The position numbers and the translations under genes are program-made. The notes beneath the pieces were generated by a model, which was given only the letters and a program-made list of their open reading frames with translations, ran no database searches and was not told the origin of the DNA. This document shows positions 25,349-37,167 of a stretch of 64,000 bases of DNA, one piece after another (the first letter of the stretch is position 1; every line of letters begins with the position of its first letter). This DNA is from Octopus vulgaris (lineage: Eukaryota): assembly GCA_951406725.2 (NCBI GenBank), contig OX597823.1:74028001-74092000 (forward strand), in the 5' to 3' direction.

Positions 25349-26059
25349 CACAAATACACACGCAAATATTACATTCCTAAGAATCCATTAAAAATCGGCC
25401 CCAATCACAGCTATAACCCATAACGTGCCAACTTTAAGTCATACAACACCTCACTAGTTCCACTCATTCATATTCTCCCTTCTCTTTCTTCTTCTTCTTC
25501 TTCTTCTTCTTCTTTTTCTTCTTCTTCTTCATCTTCATCATCATCACTATCATCATCGTCATCAGCATCATCATCACCATCATCCTCTTCTTCTTCTTCT
25601 TCATCATCATTATCATCATCATCGTCATCATCATCATCATCATCGTCATCATCATCATCACCATCTTCTTCTTTTTCTTCTTCTTCTTCTTCTTCTTCTT
25701 CTCCCCCTTCTACTTCCTAACTTTATCACTAATGCTTTTTAGTATAACACCTACGCAAATTCTATAAACAAACCTTTCAATAGAAATATTCTCATGAATT
25801 GAACAGCAACTGCTAGCCGCCACTGACCACTCAAAATACGACAATCAAGGCACTCCCAAATTTTTCCCTCCCCCTTCTCATCCTTCTTCTTCTTCTTCCC
25901 TACCAAGAATTCACAACGACCTCGAACCCACAAGTGTAAACAAGAGAGACAGAGAAAGGCAGAAACAAGGAAAATGCCACTTATATTTGAACACTATACA
26001 AATATTCTTTTAAAAAAACTTTTCTTTTAATTTTTCTAAATTTAATTATTTAATCGTTA

Positions 26060-26097
26060 CAGTTGAAAAGGTCTCAAAATGACTGAAACCGGTACTG
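26060..26097 (+). ncRNA. Minimal type I hammerhead with U3-A8 core variant
   Basis: CAG-UUGAAAA-GGUC-ucaaaau-GACU-GAAA-CCGG-UA-CUG; stems I and II pair, palindromic ACCGGU stem III, GUA triplet. Confidence 0.65.
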
Positions 26098-26704
26098 AAA
26101 TGGTCTTTATAAAATTATTTTAGCATTTTCTATCTTGACTTGTTTTTTCATATATGTCAACTTGTATGTTCCTTTTCATCCTTATACATACATATATATA
26201 TATAAATAAGCATAAGCAACAGGATATCCAGAGGTGATGCAGTACGGCCGTTTCAAGCGACTCCATTTAATTGAGCAATGCAATCATTACATCAATTTAA
26301 ATGCCGAACTATCCTCAGCTGCATAAATAAATGAATAGAATTTATTTAATCAGTCGGACATATTTGTATAATTTTAATTAAATCCTCTAAGACGGTAAGA
26401 AAACAAAGTCCATGCTGTTTTCACTTCGGCTTAGAAGCTTCTAAAGCATCAGGAAAAAAAAGTTAGTTAGGGTCATAGCTTGTCACTGATTTTGGTTCAG
26501 TTTTAATTTATTAGTCATGTTTATCAAATCTTTGTATATTCAAATCTAAGACTAAAGAATAGTATCTGTTAGGAAAGAGCATGAGGGAATTGACAGAATC
26601 ATTATGGGTATAGTCATAAAACTTGTCAAGATTATTTTGAAGTAGTATAAAGTAACTGGCTATAATGAAGTTGGGTAATGGAAGACCTCTTGATTTGCAA
26701 TTTG

Positions 26705-26823
26705 CGCAAAAGAGACCGATGGAGTAAGTACTAGGCTTAAAAAAATAAGTACTGCTGTCGATAATTCGACTAAAATTTCAAGGTGGTGCCCCAGTATGGC
26801 TGTAGTCAAATGACTGAAACAAG

Positions 26824-26826
<3 letters not shown>
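26705..26826 (+). mobile_element. SINE family A 3' half
   Basis: GCAAAAGAGACCGAT...CAAATGACTGAAACAAGTAA. Confidence 0.8.
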
Positions 26827-26875
<49 letters not shown>

Positions 26876-26877
26876 AA

Positions 26878-27094
26878 AAAAAAACCCACCTTTTATCAAT
26901 TCAATAATGAAAAATTAAATTATACCATTTAGAAATTTGCAAAAAAAAAAAAAAATATATTATTTATTTTTTGCACATTACTTAATCATCGTTATATGTT
27001 TTATCTTATATTTAATCTTTCTATAAAATGTAATTTTTCTAAATGGTATAATTTAATTCTTTATTATTGAATTGATAAAAGGTGTTTTTTTCTA

Positions 27095-27095
<1 letters not shown>
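26878..27095. mobile_element. Inverted pair of PLE-like terminal fragments (family of 19094-19412)
   Basis: About 60 bp forward copy plus about 140 bp reverse copy between two (TA)n tracts. Confidence 0.75.
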
Positions 27096-27132
<37 letters not shown>

Positions 27133-27228
27133 CGGGAAGCTTTATGAAAATAAACAAAAGACGAAGGCAGGTGAAAAACAAACAAACAATTGTATTAGTA
27201 TGGCGCTCAGGAATATAAATAAAACAAG

Positions 27229-27266
27229 TCTTTTACGTTTCGAGCCTACGCTCTTCAACAGAAAGA
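27229..27266 (-). ncRNA. Minimal hammerhead-like motif with extra A after A9 (A6 is U)
   Basis: UCUUU-CUGUUGA-A-GAGC-guag-GCUC-GAAA-CG-UA-AAAGA; lies in an element (about 27131-27345) abutting (TA)n. Confidence 0.6.
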
Positions 27267-27431
27267 TACACAGAAAAGAAACACGGAGAGAAACAAGGAG
27301 AGAAAAAAAATGCGTGCAGAAGCTAGCGAATCAACATGGCGATCTCATATATTATATATTATATTTTGTGAAATTTGAATTAGTATTTCTAAATTGAATT
27401 TTTCCCTGTAAGTTTAGAATAATATTCCCTC

Positions 27432-27480
<49 letters not shown>

Positions 27481-28170
27481 ATACACTCTAGTTTCCTAAT
27501 ATCTAAAGCTACTTCTAGATGAGGGCTATTTATTAGTTAGATATTATTTATCGTTATTATAACGATGACTTCTTTTTTCATCTCGAGAGCATTTATGATC
27601 TTTCTGTTTTATGTGTTAGAATTGAGAAGGAAAGTCCGAGTTCCGTTGAAGTGAATTCTCTTAACGCGGAGGTCATCTGCACCTTTCATCCTTTAAGAGA
27701 TCAATAAAAATAAATACCAAAATAATGGAGTCGATGATACTGAATAAAACCTTTGAAGGTATTGCTCCAGTATGACCGTTGTCCAATGACGGAAGCTGAC
27801 TAATTGAATAAAATAATAAAATTGCTTTGTTTGGGGGCTTAATGTGTCTGATGATGTGATTTGTGCTGTGTGGTGGACGAAAAGCAGTTAGTTCTAATGT
27901 TAGCAAATACATAATTTATATAAGGTAAAAAAGTAATAACATTTAAAAACAGTTTTTGCAATGCTCTATATAGGTATTCCTCGACATTTGCGTCTCGTTT
28001 TTGCGTTTTTATTATTGTATTGGTGTTAATGGATATTTTTTTTTGTTTTAGAGCTGTGAGATAGCGATGGCTGTCGTTATTTAGCACGTCGTTGCTTTCA
28101 ACAGAACAGTGCTACGTACTACTGTTGTTACTGCTATGCTACTGCAACAGCCGTAAGAAGAAGAAGAAGA

Positions 28171-28203
<33 letters not shown>

Positions 28204-28321
28204 GCCACCACTACCACTACTTCTACTACTACAAGTATTACTAGTACTACTGTTGTGTTGTGTCAAAAGTTTTGCAATATTTTGGTAACTTATTTACTTT
28301 ATTCATATTCTTATTTCGAAC

Positions 28322-28735
28322 ACAAGATGATGCTCTGTGTCCAGAGGAACTATGAAGGGATAATTCACTACGAGTTTTGTTCTGGACAGTCGAACCATCG
28401 AGGCCAATCTATACTCCGAACAACTGGTGCGTATGTATGCCATTGTGCTACATCATCAACCTATTTCATTACTACCCACAAGGAGCTAAACACAGAGGGA
28501 ACAAACAAGGACAGACAGACGGATTAAGTCGAATATATCGACTCCGAAAGGATGAAAGGCAAAGTCAACCTCGGCGGAATTTGAACTCAGAACATATCGG
28601 CAGACGAAATACGGCTACGCATAAGAGGAGGTGGAAGCTTCAGTGAAGGACAAGGACTAGGATCAGAGTGGGATCAAAGAACTAATAGAAAGTTGGTTTT
28701 AGACGGCGCAACACGATGGCCTCTACTTTGAATGC
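28322..28735 (+). pseudogene. Mariner transposase catalytic-domain fragments interrupted by a family-B SINE (28460-28620, -)
   Basis: KMMLCV..NYEGIIHYE...TIEANLYSEQL and GIKELIESW...HDGLYFE. Confidence 0.7.
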
Positions 28736-28774
28736 TTGGCTGCTTTTCTTGCAACCTGACGAATAAAGCAAATA

Positions 28775-29000
28775 CTCTTTTACTTGTTTCAGTCTTTTGA
28801 CTGTGGCCAAGCTGGAGCACCACCTTTAGCCGAGCAAATCGACCCTAAATCTTTGTAAGCCTAGTACTTATTCTATCGTTCTCTTTTGCAGAACCACTAA
28901 GTTACGGGGACGTAAATACACTAGCATCGGTTGTCAAGCGATGTTGGGGGGACAAACACAGATACACAAACACACACGCACATACATATATATATATATT

Positions 29001-29063
<63 letters not shown>

Positions 29064-29542
29064 TTATGTATGTATATATATACACACACACACACATATA
29101 TATATACATATATGTGGAGGCGCATGGCTTTGTGGTTAGGGTGTCAGTATCATGATCGTAAGATTGTGGTTTCGATTCCTGGACCGGGCGACGCGTTGTG
29201 TTCTTGAGCAAAGCACTTCATTTCACGTTGCTCCAGTCCACTCAGCTGGCAAAAATGAGTAACGCTGCGATGGATTGGTGCCCCGTCCAGGTGGGGAACA
29301 CGTACGCCATTGAAACCGGGAAAACGGACTCATGAGCCTAGCTAGGCTTTGAAAGGTCGCATTTATTTATTATTATTATATACATATATACGACGGGTTT
29401 CTTTCAGTTTCCGTCTGTCAAATCCACTCACAAGGCTTTGGTCGGCCCGAAGCTATAGTAGAAGAAACTTGCCCAAGGTGTCACGCAGTTGGACTGAACC
29501 CGGAACCATGTGGTTCGTAAGCAAGCTACTTACCACACAGCC
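28775..29542 (-). mobile_element. SINE family A with a + strand family-C-headed SINE nested at about 29113-29365
   Basis: Nested element lies in the internal (TA)n/(CA)n tract. Confidence 0.9.
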
Positions 29543-29705
29543 AGTAAAATGTTGTAAAATGACATCAGTAACACAGTAAGAGTTATTATTTCTATCCCTT
29601 GGACTTAATGTCACAACCAGAATAACTTGTGTTACGATGTAACATTAAACTTGTAACATACATTAATCTCATAACCAGAATACTTATGTTATTACTGTAA
29701 CCATT

Positions 29706-29868
29706 AGGCGTAAGAGTGGCTGTGTGGTAAGTAGCTTGCTTACCAACCACATGGTTCTGGGTTCAGTCCCACTGCGTGACACCTTGGGCAAGTGTCTTCT
29801 ACTATAGACTCGGGCCGATCAAAGCCTTGTGACTGGATTTGGTAGACGGAAACTGAAAGAAGCCCGTC

Positions 29869-29924
<56 letters not shown>

Positions 29925-30195
29925 GTGTGTGTATATGTTTGTGTGTCTGTGTTTGTCCCCCCAACATCACTTGACAACCGATGCTGGTGTGTTTACGTCC
30001 CCGTAACTTAGCGGTCCTGCAAAAGAGAACGATAGAATAAGTACTAGGCTTACAAAGAATAAGTCCTGGGGTCGATTTGCTCGACTAAAGGCGGTGCTCC
30101 AGCATGGCCGCAGTCAAATGACTGAAACAAGTTTTTACTCTTTTACTTGTTTCAGTCATTTGACTGCGGCCATGCTGGAGTAAAAGAGAGTAAAA
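29706..30195 (+). mobile_element. Young full-length SINE family A with an inverted duplication in its tail
   Basis: CpGs retained; 30097-30132 is inverted at 30145-30180. Confidence 0.95.
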
Positions 30196-30522
30196 AAAAA
30201 TTAACATTAGTGTGACAGGCTAGAATTATCTCTTTTGTCACAACAGCATGCAACATCAATGTTGCTACCAGATATCACAACTAGAACCAGCTGTTATCAC
30301 TATAACCAGTGAACATTAACCTTACAACTAGAGTTACCTCTACTATCACTTCATTTGTACCATTGGTATCACAACCAAATTTATTTCTGTTATCACTACA
30401 ACCACTAATATTTTTGTCAGAACCAGAATTACCTGTCATATTAACACAATTAGTATAACAACCAAATTAACTTCTGTTATCACAACAATCAATAACATAA
30501 GTGTCGCAACTAGAATTACTCC

Positions 30523-30738
30523 AAGGCGGCGAGCTGGCAGAATCGTTAACACGCCGGGCAAAATGCGTAGCCGTATTTCGTCTGCCTCAACGTTCTGAGT
30601 TCAAATTCCGCCGAGGTCGACTTTGCCTTTCATCCTTTCAGGGTCGATAAATTATGTACCAGTTGCGCACTGGGGTCGATGTAATCAACTTAATCCGTTT
30701 GTCTGTCCTTGTTTGTCCCCTTTATGTTTAGAAACATA
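30523..30738 (+). mobile_element. SINE family B with TSD
   Basis: Flanked by AACTAGAATTACT on both sides. Confidence 0.9.
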
Positions 30739-30929
30739 AACTAGAATTACTGATGTTATCTCTAATTGGCACTCTGCCGGTTACGACGGTGAGTGTTTCA
30801 CTAGCTCCGATGAAATTAACGTGCAAGTGGCCAAGCATCCCATAAATACGCGTACCCTTTTCTCAGAGAGATTCAGCGTGATACAAAATGTGACAAGAAA
30901 CTTGCTCTTGAATTAACAAGTACAATTCA

Positions 30930-31558
30930 TTTCTTATTTCTTTATTGCCCACAAGGGGCTAAACATAGAGGGGACAAACAAGTTCAGACAAAGGGATTAA
31001 GTCGATTACATCGACCCCGGTGCGTACCTGGCACTTAATTTATCAAACCTGAAAGGATAAAAGGCGAAGTCGACCTCGGCGGAATTTGAACTCAGAACGT
31101 AACAGCAGACGAAATACCACTAAGTATTTCGCCCGGCGTGCTAACGTTTCTTATTTCTTTATTGCCCACAAGGGGTTAAATATAGAGGGGACAAACAAAG
31201 GGATTAAGTCAGTTACATCGACCCTAGTGCGTAACTGGTAGTTAATTTATCGAACCCGAAAAGATGAAAGGCAAAGTCGACTTCGGCGGAATTTGAACTC
31301 AGAACGTAAAGACAGACGAAATACCTATTTCTTTACTACCCGCAAGGGGCTAAACACAGAGAGAACAAACAAGGACAGACAAACGAATTAAGTTGATTAT
31401 ACCGACCCCAGTGCGTAACTGGTACTTATTTAATCGACCCCGAAAGGATGAAAGGCAAAGTCGACCTCGGCAGAATTTGAACTGACAACGTAGCGGCAGA
31501 CAAAATATCGCTAAGCATTTCGCCCGGCGTGCTAACGTTTCTGCCAGCTCGCCGCCTT
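30930..31558 (-). mobile_element. Trimeric family-B SINE inserted into a family-C SINE (about 30770-31700, -)
   Basis: Three tandem bodies; family-C tail to the left, core and head to the right. Confidence 0.88.
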
Positions 31559-32061
31559 CATTTCATTTCTGCCATCTGAAAGGACTGGAGCAACAGGAAA
31601 TTAAGTATCTTGCTCATGGACACAGCTTGCCGTCGGGAATCGAACTCACGACCTTACGATCGTGGGCCGAATTCTTTAATCACCAAGCAACGCGCCTTCG
31701 CTCCAATAAATATCATCACTTTGGAATTCACCAAAATCCTGACTACCATAAAAACAATCACAACTTTTCCATCCATGGCTATCCTCACACAGCATCTTAG
31801 AAGCAACATCGGAAAGTCGCTGAACCTGCAAAAAATCGTAGCCAAATTTTCCCAATGTCAGATCACGTCTTAGGAAAGAAGCTATTTGTTGATGTGGTTA
31901 TGTTTTCCTTGCACATAGGAAAAAGTCAAGGTGGTCACGGTTAGAATAGGCTAAACAAACAACTGCAATGACACCAACATCATAGCCATCACGGACACTC
32001 CCTATACATTACAGCTAGTATTGAAAGCGTCACCAACACAGGCACCGCCAAAACAAACATC

Positions 32062-32292
32062 CCTACAACTACTACTACTACTACTACTACTGCTACTACC
32101 AATCGCCCCGCTGCAAACTTCACCAATATCACTGCTACCGCATGGACATCTAAAACACCATTTCTCATTCATCACTACTACCATGACAACAAATTCTACC
32201 ACCACCACCACCACCACCACCACCACCACCACCACAACAACAACAACAACAACAACATCAACAATACCCCCACCCCCACCACCACACCACCA
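32062..32292. repeat. Compound trinucleotide repeats (CTA/CAC/AAC)
   Basis: Direct reading. Confidence 0.9.
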
Positions 32293-33850
32293 CATTCCCC
32301 ATTCGTCGCCATCTGAATTACCGAAAATCCTACAGTTTTCCAAAATTTCAAAGCCAGTTTCTCATAGATCGAGTAAAGATCTGTGTTGTCGAGGAGGTAC
32401 AACATAAAACCAACAAAAATAATAATAATAAAAAAAATAAGAAGTATAAAAACATTAAAAAAATAGACGGATGAAGAAACAGAAAAAACAAACAAAAACG
32501 CAAAAAGTCAAAATAAAAGAGAAGTAAAATCAATATATCTAGCCGTTAATTATAAAGAATCGCTGGCAGCGATGTTGAATTGATAACAGTACTAATAATA
32601 CGTCTGAAGGTGGATACTAGACATCGTGGTGTTGTAGTTGGCGGTTAAGGCTGAGGAGAGAATGAATGTGGGAAAGTGTGTGTGAGAGAGAGAGAGTGTG
32701 AGTGAGTGTATGTGTGATAGGGGAAGTGAGAGAGAGAGGGAGTGATAGAGAGAGAGAAAGAGACAGAGAAAGAGAGAAGTGTAAATGACGAACAGACTGG
32801 CTTGCAGACAAATGATAGTTGTTTTAGTTGTTATTGGTGTGTTTAGTTTTAGCCCCAGGTCAACCTTAATCGAGAACACCTATGATTAAGAACATTCCAG
32901 TCATGAAAATACCAGTTTTTCAATATTTCTGGGAAACCAGGACTACATTAGTCAGGGTCTATCTTTCTTTCATTTTTTTTTTATTTTTAAAGAAGGTAGA
33001 ATATTATTTGAAGGAAATTTGGCTGCTATTTGTCGAGTAACTTCATAAAAGACTTCTCTTTGGCTTCAGTTGCTTAGCTGCTATTAAAACATATATACGT
33101 TTAAACACTCATAACAGTTGGTAACTTGTACTTGGTAATAAAGATAATTCAATGCAGGTTAATTGTAGGGTAAGAATTTTATGGAAGTCAATATACAGCC
33201 TCACATTAAACAGCAGCTTCATCCCAGCAAGAATTATTCACACACAAACGCACACATTTTCTTTTTCTCTTTTCCATTTAGACATAATTTTGGCTGGCCA
33301 CCTGCAAGGTTGTGAAAGAAAAAAAATCTCTTTTTCTTCATCACCCTTTCAATGTTGACGAAGAGAATAATGTGTTTAACCTTGATTTCTCTGTCTTTTC
33401 GCTTTCAATTTATATTTGGTAGTAAATGACACGATACTGTTCTTTAAAGGTTCCGACAAATTTTTGTTACGGTTTAATTGTCGAGTTATTCCCGACTTGG
33501 ATTTTCTTTCTTTTCAAGTTGTTTAATTTCTACAAATTGGTGTAGAAAATACCCACATGTTTCAATTGTGCAACATGAGGGTATTTTTCATCAGAGGCGT
33601 TGCACGGCTAGTTTGTTTATGTATCTATATGTATGTTACTATGTGAGATACTTCAGTTGAAGTGTCCATGCGTAATCTTACATGTATTCTGTGACTCAAC
33701 TTTCGTATAAGCAGTAATTACATACGCCCAAGTATATGATGAACAATCGGTCGGTATGTATGTATGTATGTATGTATGTATGTATGTATGTATGTATGTA
33801 TGTATGTATGTATGTATGTATGTATGTATGTATGTATGTATGTATGTATG

Positions 33851-34003
33851 CACAGCCGGCTATTACCAGTAAAGGTTTTAGTTGCCAATTTTGTACAAGA
33901 CATTGTAGATCTTTAGCTGGGCTAAAAAGTCACATTCGATCACAGCACCAGTAACAGTTAAGCTTCGTCCAATGGTCATACTCGATAACGAGGGGGCAGC
34001 CAT
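33851..34003 (+). mobile_element. 5'-truncated RTE-type LINE 3' end inside (TATG)n
   Basis: C-terminal [22 protein letters not shown] zinc finger, short 3' UTR with CTCG-ataa-CGAG hairpin, (TATG)n on both sides. Confidence 0.7.
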
Positions 34004-34027
34004 AAATGTATGTATGTATGTATGTAT

Positions 34028-34172
34028 GTGAAGGCGCATAGCTCAGTGGTTAGAGCGTCGAGCTTACGATCGTGAGGTTGTGAGCTCGAATCCCGGACCG
34101 GGCTGCGTGTTGTGTTCTTGAGCAAGACACTTTATTTCACGTTGCTCCAGTTCACTCAGCTGTAGAAATGAG
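34028..34172 (+). mobile_element. SINE family C head and core
   Basis: GGCGCATAGCTCAGTGGTTAGAGCG...TCGAATCCCGG tRNA-like head followed by the CORE-like block. Confidence 0.88.
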
Positions 34173-35594
34173 TTGGGTGTGAAGGACACATAACAGATTC
34201 TACGGCATCCTTCTAGGAGAAGGACATTCTGATGAAAATACTGGTTATCTCGCTTCGGCATGTCGCTAGGTATTAATCTAGGTGACTCAGAGTGTGGTAA
34301 TCATGTTGTACAAGCGTTTATCATTATAATCCAGTGACATACAGCTGTGCTTTTATGGTCATCTTATTTGGCATTCCATCTACTGAAAGTCCTATGGTGA
34401 TAGAGGAGTGACGATGTGTGCAGATCTCACCAGTTGGAAGTGCACAGTAAATTACAACTTACGTCTATCATCTAAGCTTCAAAACATGCAGATAAACAAC
34501 GGGACTGAATGGATAACTGGAAGACCATAGATGAAAAATCAGAAATGCCATTGGCAACGGGGAAGCACAAAGGAAGGGCAATCATTTGTGAAGATGGAGC
34601 AATCACCATGTGTGTATAAGTAAATGGATTTCCGAGGGTTTCGATGATGAATATTTAAGTTGTTCGATCAACTGAATTACCTATTCATAAAATTATACTG
34701 CAAGTAATTGAGTATTCTACAGGAACTTATAATTTTGACATAATTCGCTGACAGATTCAGCAGAATACAGTGTGTAATAAAGTTAGCCATTTGAATTACA
34801 GACACAGTCCATCCAACGCACTTCTACATGATTTCCATCAACCCAGTTTTACTCAGAAAGCTGTGGTCGACCAAAGGCTATGGTAATGAACATTAGAGCA
34901 AAATGCCATGTGATGGGATTGAAACCAGGACCTCAGGATTGCAAAACAAACTTTTTAGATTCTCTGCCATATTGTCCACTATGTTTCTGTATATGTGTGT
35001 GTGTTTGTGTGTATGTGTGTGTGTGTGTGTGTGCGTGTGAGTGTGTGCGTGCACGCGCGCGTGTGTGTGGTATAGGTATAGAAACCCTACTGACATCCGT
35101 TAGGCATCAGATGATGAGTGTACACGTTTGATAATTTGTTTCTTGATGCGACCTTCTTTTAAAATCTTAGATTGTTATGTGTTTCTAAGTTGTCCACTGA
35201 AATTCTAAGTTTCGTAGGGTTGATCTTCTTTAGGAGTTATTGGGTTTTTTAATTTTATTGTATATATTATAGCATACATAGTGATTCTGATTCTTATAAG
35301 GGTTATACTTTTCAAGGGTTTATAGTTTATGGAGCTTTTGTTGTACAAAAAAACACACACACATACACACACATATACAGACTCATATCAGTACATATAT
35401 AAAGTTTAGTGAGTATCTGGGTTTGCAAACGAAGGTAAAATACTCGATGTCATTTTTTATTTCATTAGAAACTGAATCTTCTTCAATGACAGAGAAAGTG
35501 AAATACGCAGGATCTGCTAATTTTGTTTTGTACATTCCATCATTTTTCACATGAAATGCATCAGTTATCTTCCATTGAAATAATATTTATCAGT

Positions 35595-36693
35595 GATTCG
35601 GTAAGAAGTAAGAAAAAGATTGCCAGCATTAAAATGCACCAAGAGTAGGAAGCTGTTAGAAATGACTAGGAATGTAGATTCTGTTATTAATAGGATAAAT
35701 ACTAAAAATATAGGAGACATTTACTTATTGATCTATGCAGGATGGGTAGCAGTCATCAGAAGATTAGATATTAGGAGACTACAAAATAAAAGGAAAACTT
35801 TAAGACAAGAACTGAGTAGAATAGAAGTCTGGAAAACAAACAAACACAAGATGCAAATCTTCCCTCGAGAAAAAGATACTTAGTCAAAGTGAAAGGATTT
35901 GGGACAGTAATAGAAGAGTTGAAACAGAGCATCACAGCAGTAGCAGGCAAGCTCTCCAGATATCAGAAAAGAATAGGTCAGATCAGTGTCAACAGAACAA
36001 ATTATTTGAGACACACTAGAGGAGATTTTATAACCAAATAAATAGTGAATAACGAAGCACTGAAGATAAGAAACCTAATGCAGAAGAAGCTAGAAAGTTC
36101 TGGAGTAATATTTGGGATAAGTCAATAAAACATAATGGAGATGCAGTATGGTTAAAGAAAATGAGGGAAGAAGTAGTGAGTGAGAAGTAGCCAGATCTAA
36201 GATTAAATAGTGCATTAATGAGTAAAGTGTTAGGAAAAATGCCGAACTGGAAGGGCCCATGACCAGATTTAATTCAAGGGTACTGGCTAAGAAAATTCAG
36301 TATTTTACATGGGAGGCTGAGGGAACAACTTCAGGATTGCCTTAATGAAGGAAGAATGCCAGATTGGATTACAAGGGGGAGGACAATACTCATCAAAGAT
36401 AAGAGCATGGGTAATACAGCTAGCAACTATAGACTAATCACTTGCTTACCATTAGTGTGGAAGCTGTTAACAGGAATGCATTCAGAAAGCATTTACGAGC
36501 ACCTTGACAACCAGAATTTACTACCAGATGAACAGAAAGGTTGCAGGAAGCAGGCTAGAGGACCGTATGATCTATTACATATAGACAAAGCAGTTCTAAA
36601 CGAAGTAAACGCTAGAAAAGAAAATCTAACAATAGCATGGATAGATTATAAGAAAGCCTTTGACGTGATCCCACACTCATGGATAAGTGAATT
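35595..36693 (+). pseudogene. Non-LTR retrotransposon RT fragment, Dong/R4-like
   Basis: NWKGP..D..QGYWL, GRTILIK...ASNYRLITCLPLVWKLLT, EQKGCRK, AWIDYKKAFDVIPHSWI; multiple stops; ends before the YxDD motif. Confidence 0.88.
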
Positions 36694-36870
36694 TAGGATC
36701 AAACACCAGCTTAATAACAAAGTTATTTCTTAAATTCTTCATTAAAAAAATAAATAAAAACGTATGCATAAAAAGTACCGCAGTGCATTTCATAAGAAAT
36801 ATGGTAGCAAAAAATGGTGAATGTGTGCGTGCTGGCCTCCTTATAATTGTTTAGCTATAATATTCCGAAG

Positions 36871-37167
36871 TTTTGTTTGTTCCTTCTCGAGCCATGCCTA
36901 GCTCATAAGGGCCGGTTTCCCGGTTTCCTTGGCGTATAGGTTCCCCACCTGGACGGAACGCCGGTCCGTCGCAGGTGAGCTGCAAGATGCAGGAGGAAAG
37001 AGTGAGAGAAAGTTGTGGCGAAAGAGTCAGCAGAAGTTCGCTATTAACTTCTGCCGGAGCCGCGTGGAGCTTAGGTGTTTCGCTCATAAACACACACATC
37101 GCCCGGTCTGAGATTCGAACCCGCGATCCCTCGACCGCTGTTCTAACTACTAGGTCATGTGCTTCCA
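36871..37167 (-). mobile_element. tRNA-derived SINE family D
   Basis: Minus-strand head with GGGTTCGAATC B box; near-identical to 38632-38921. Confidence 0.88.

Larger units (their letters stand above)
24891..26182 (+). mobile_element. 5'-truncated Penelope-like retroelement between (TA)n tracts
   Basis: GIY-YIG fragment, 3' UTR with (CTT)n/(CAT)n, hammerhead at 26060-26097, TA-repeat flanks. Confidence 0.75.

Noticed and set aside
27482-27560. 10-bp stem TAATATCTAA/TTAGATATTA next to GAAA-CTAG on the minus strand
   Set aside because: Core is about three changes from consensus and the cleavage triplet is absent; at most a remnant
33851-33954. C2H2 zinc finger as a host ZNF exon
   Set aside because: Single finger ending in a stop, followed by a short hairpin UTR and embedded in (TATG)n with no acceptor; fits an RTE LINE 3' end
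34028-34105. tRNA gene (also similar heads near 29115, 37100 and 38860)
   Set aside because: A and B boxes are present, but they run straight into SINE bodies and lack a proper acceptor stem
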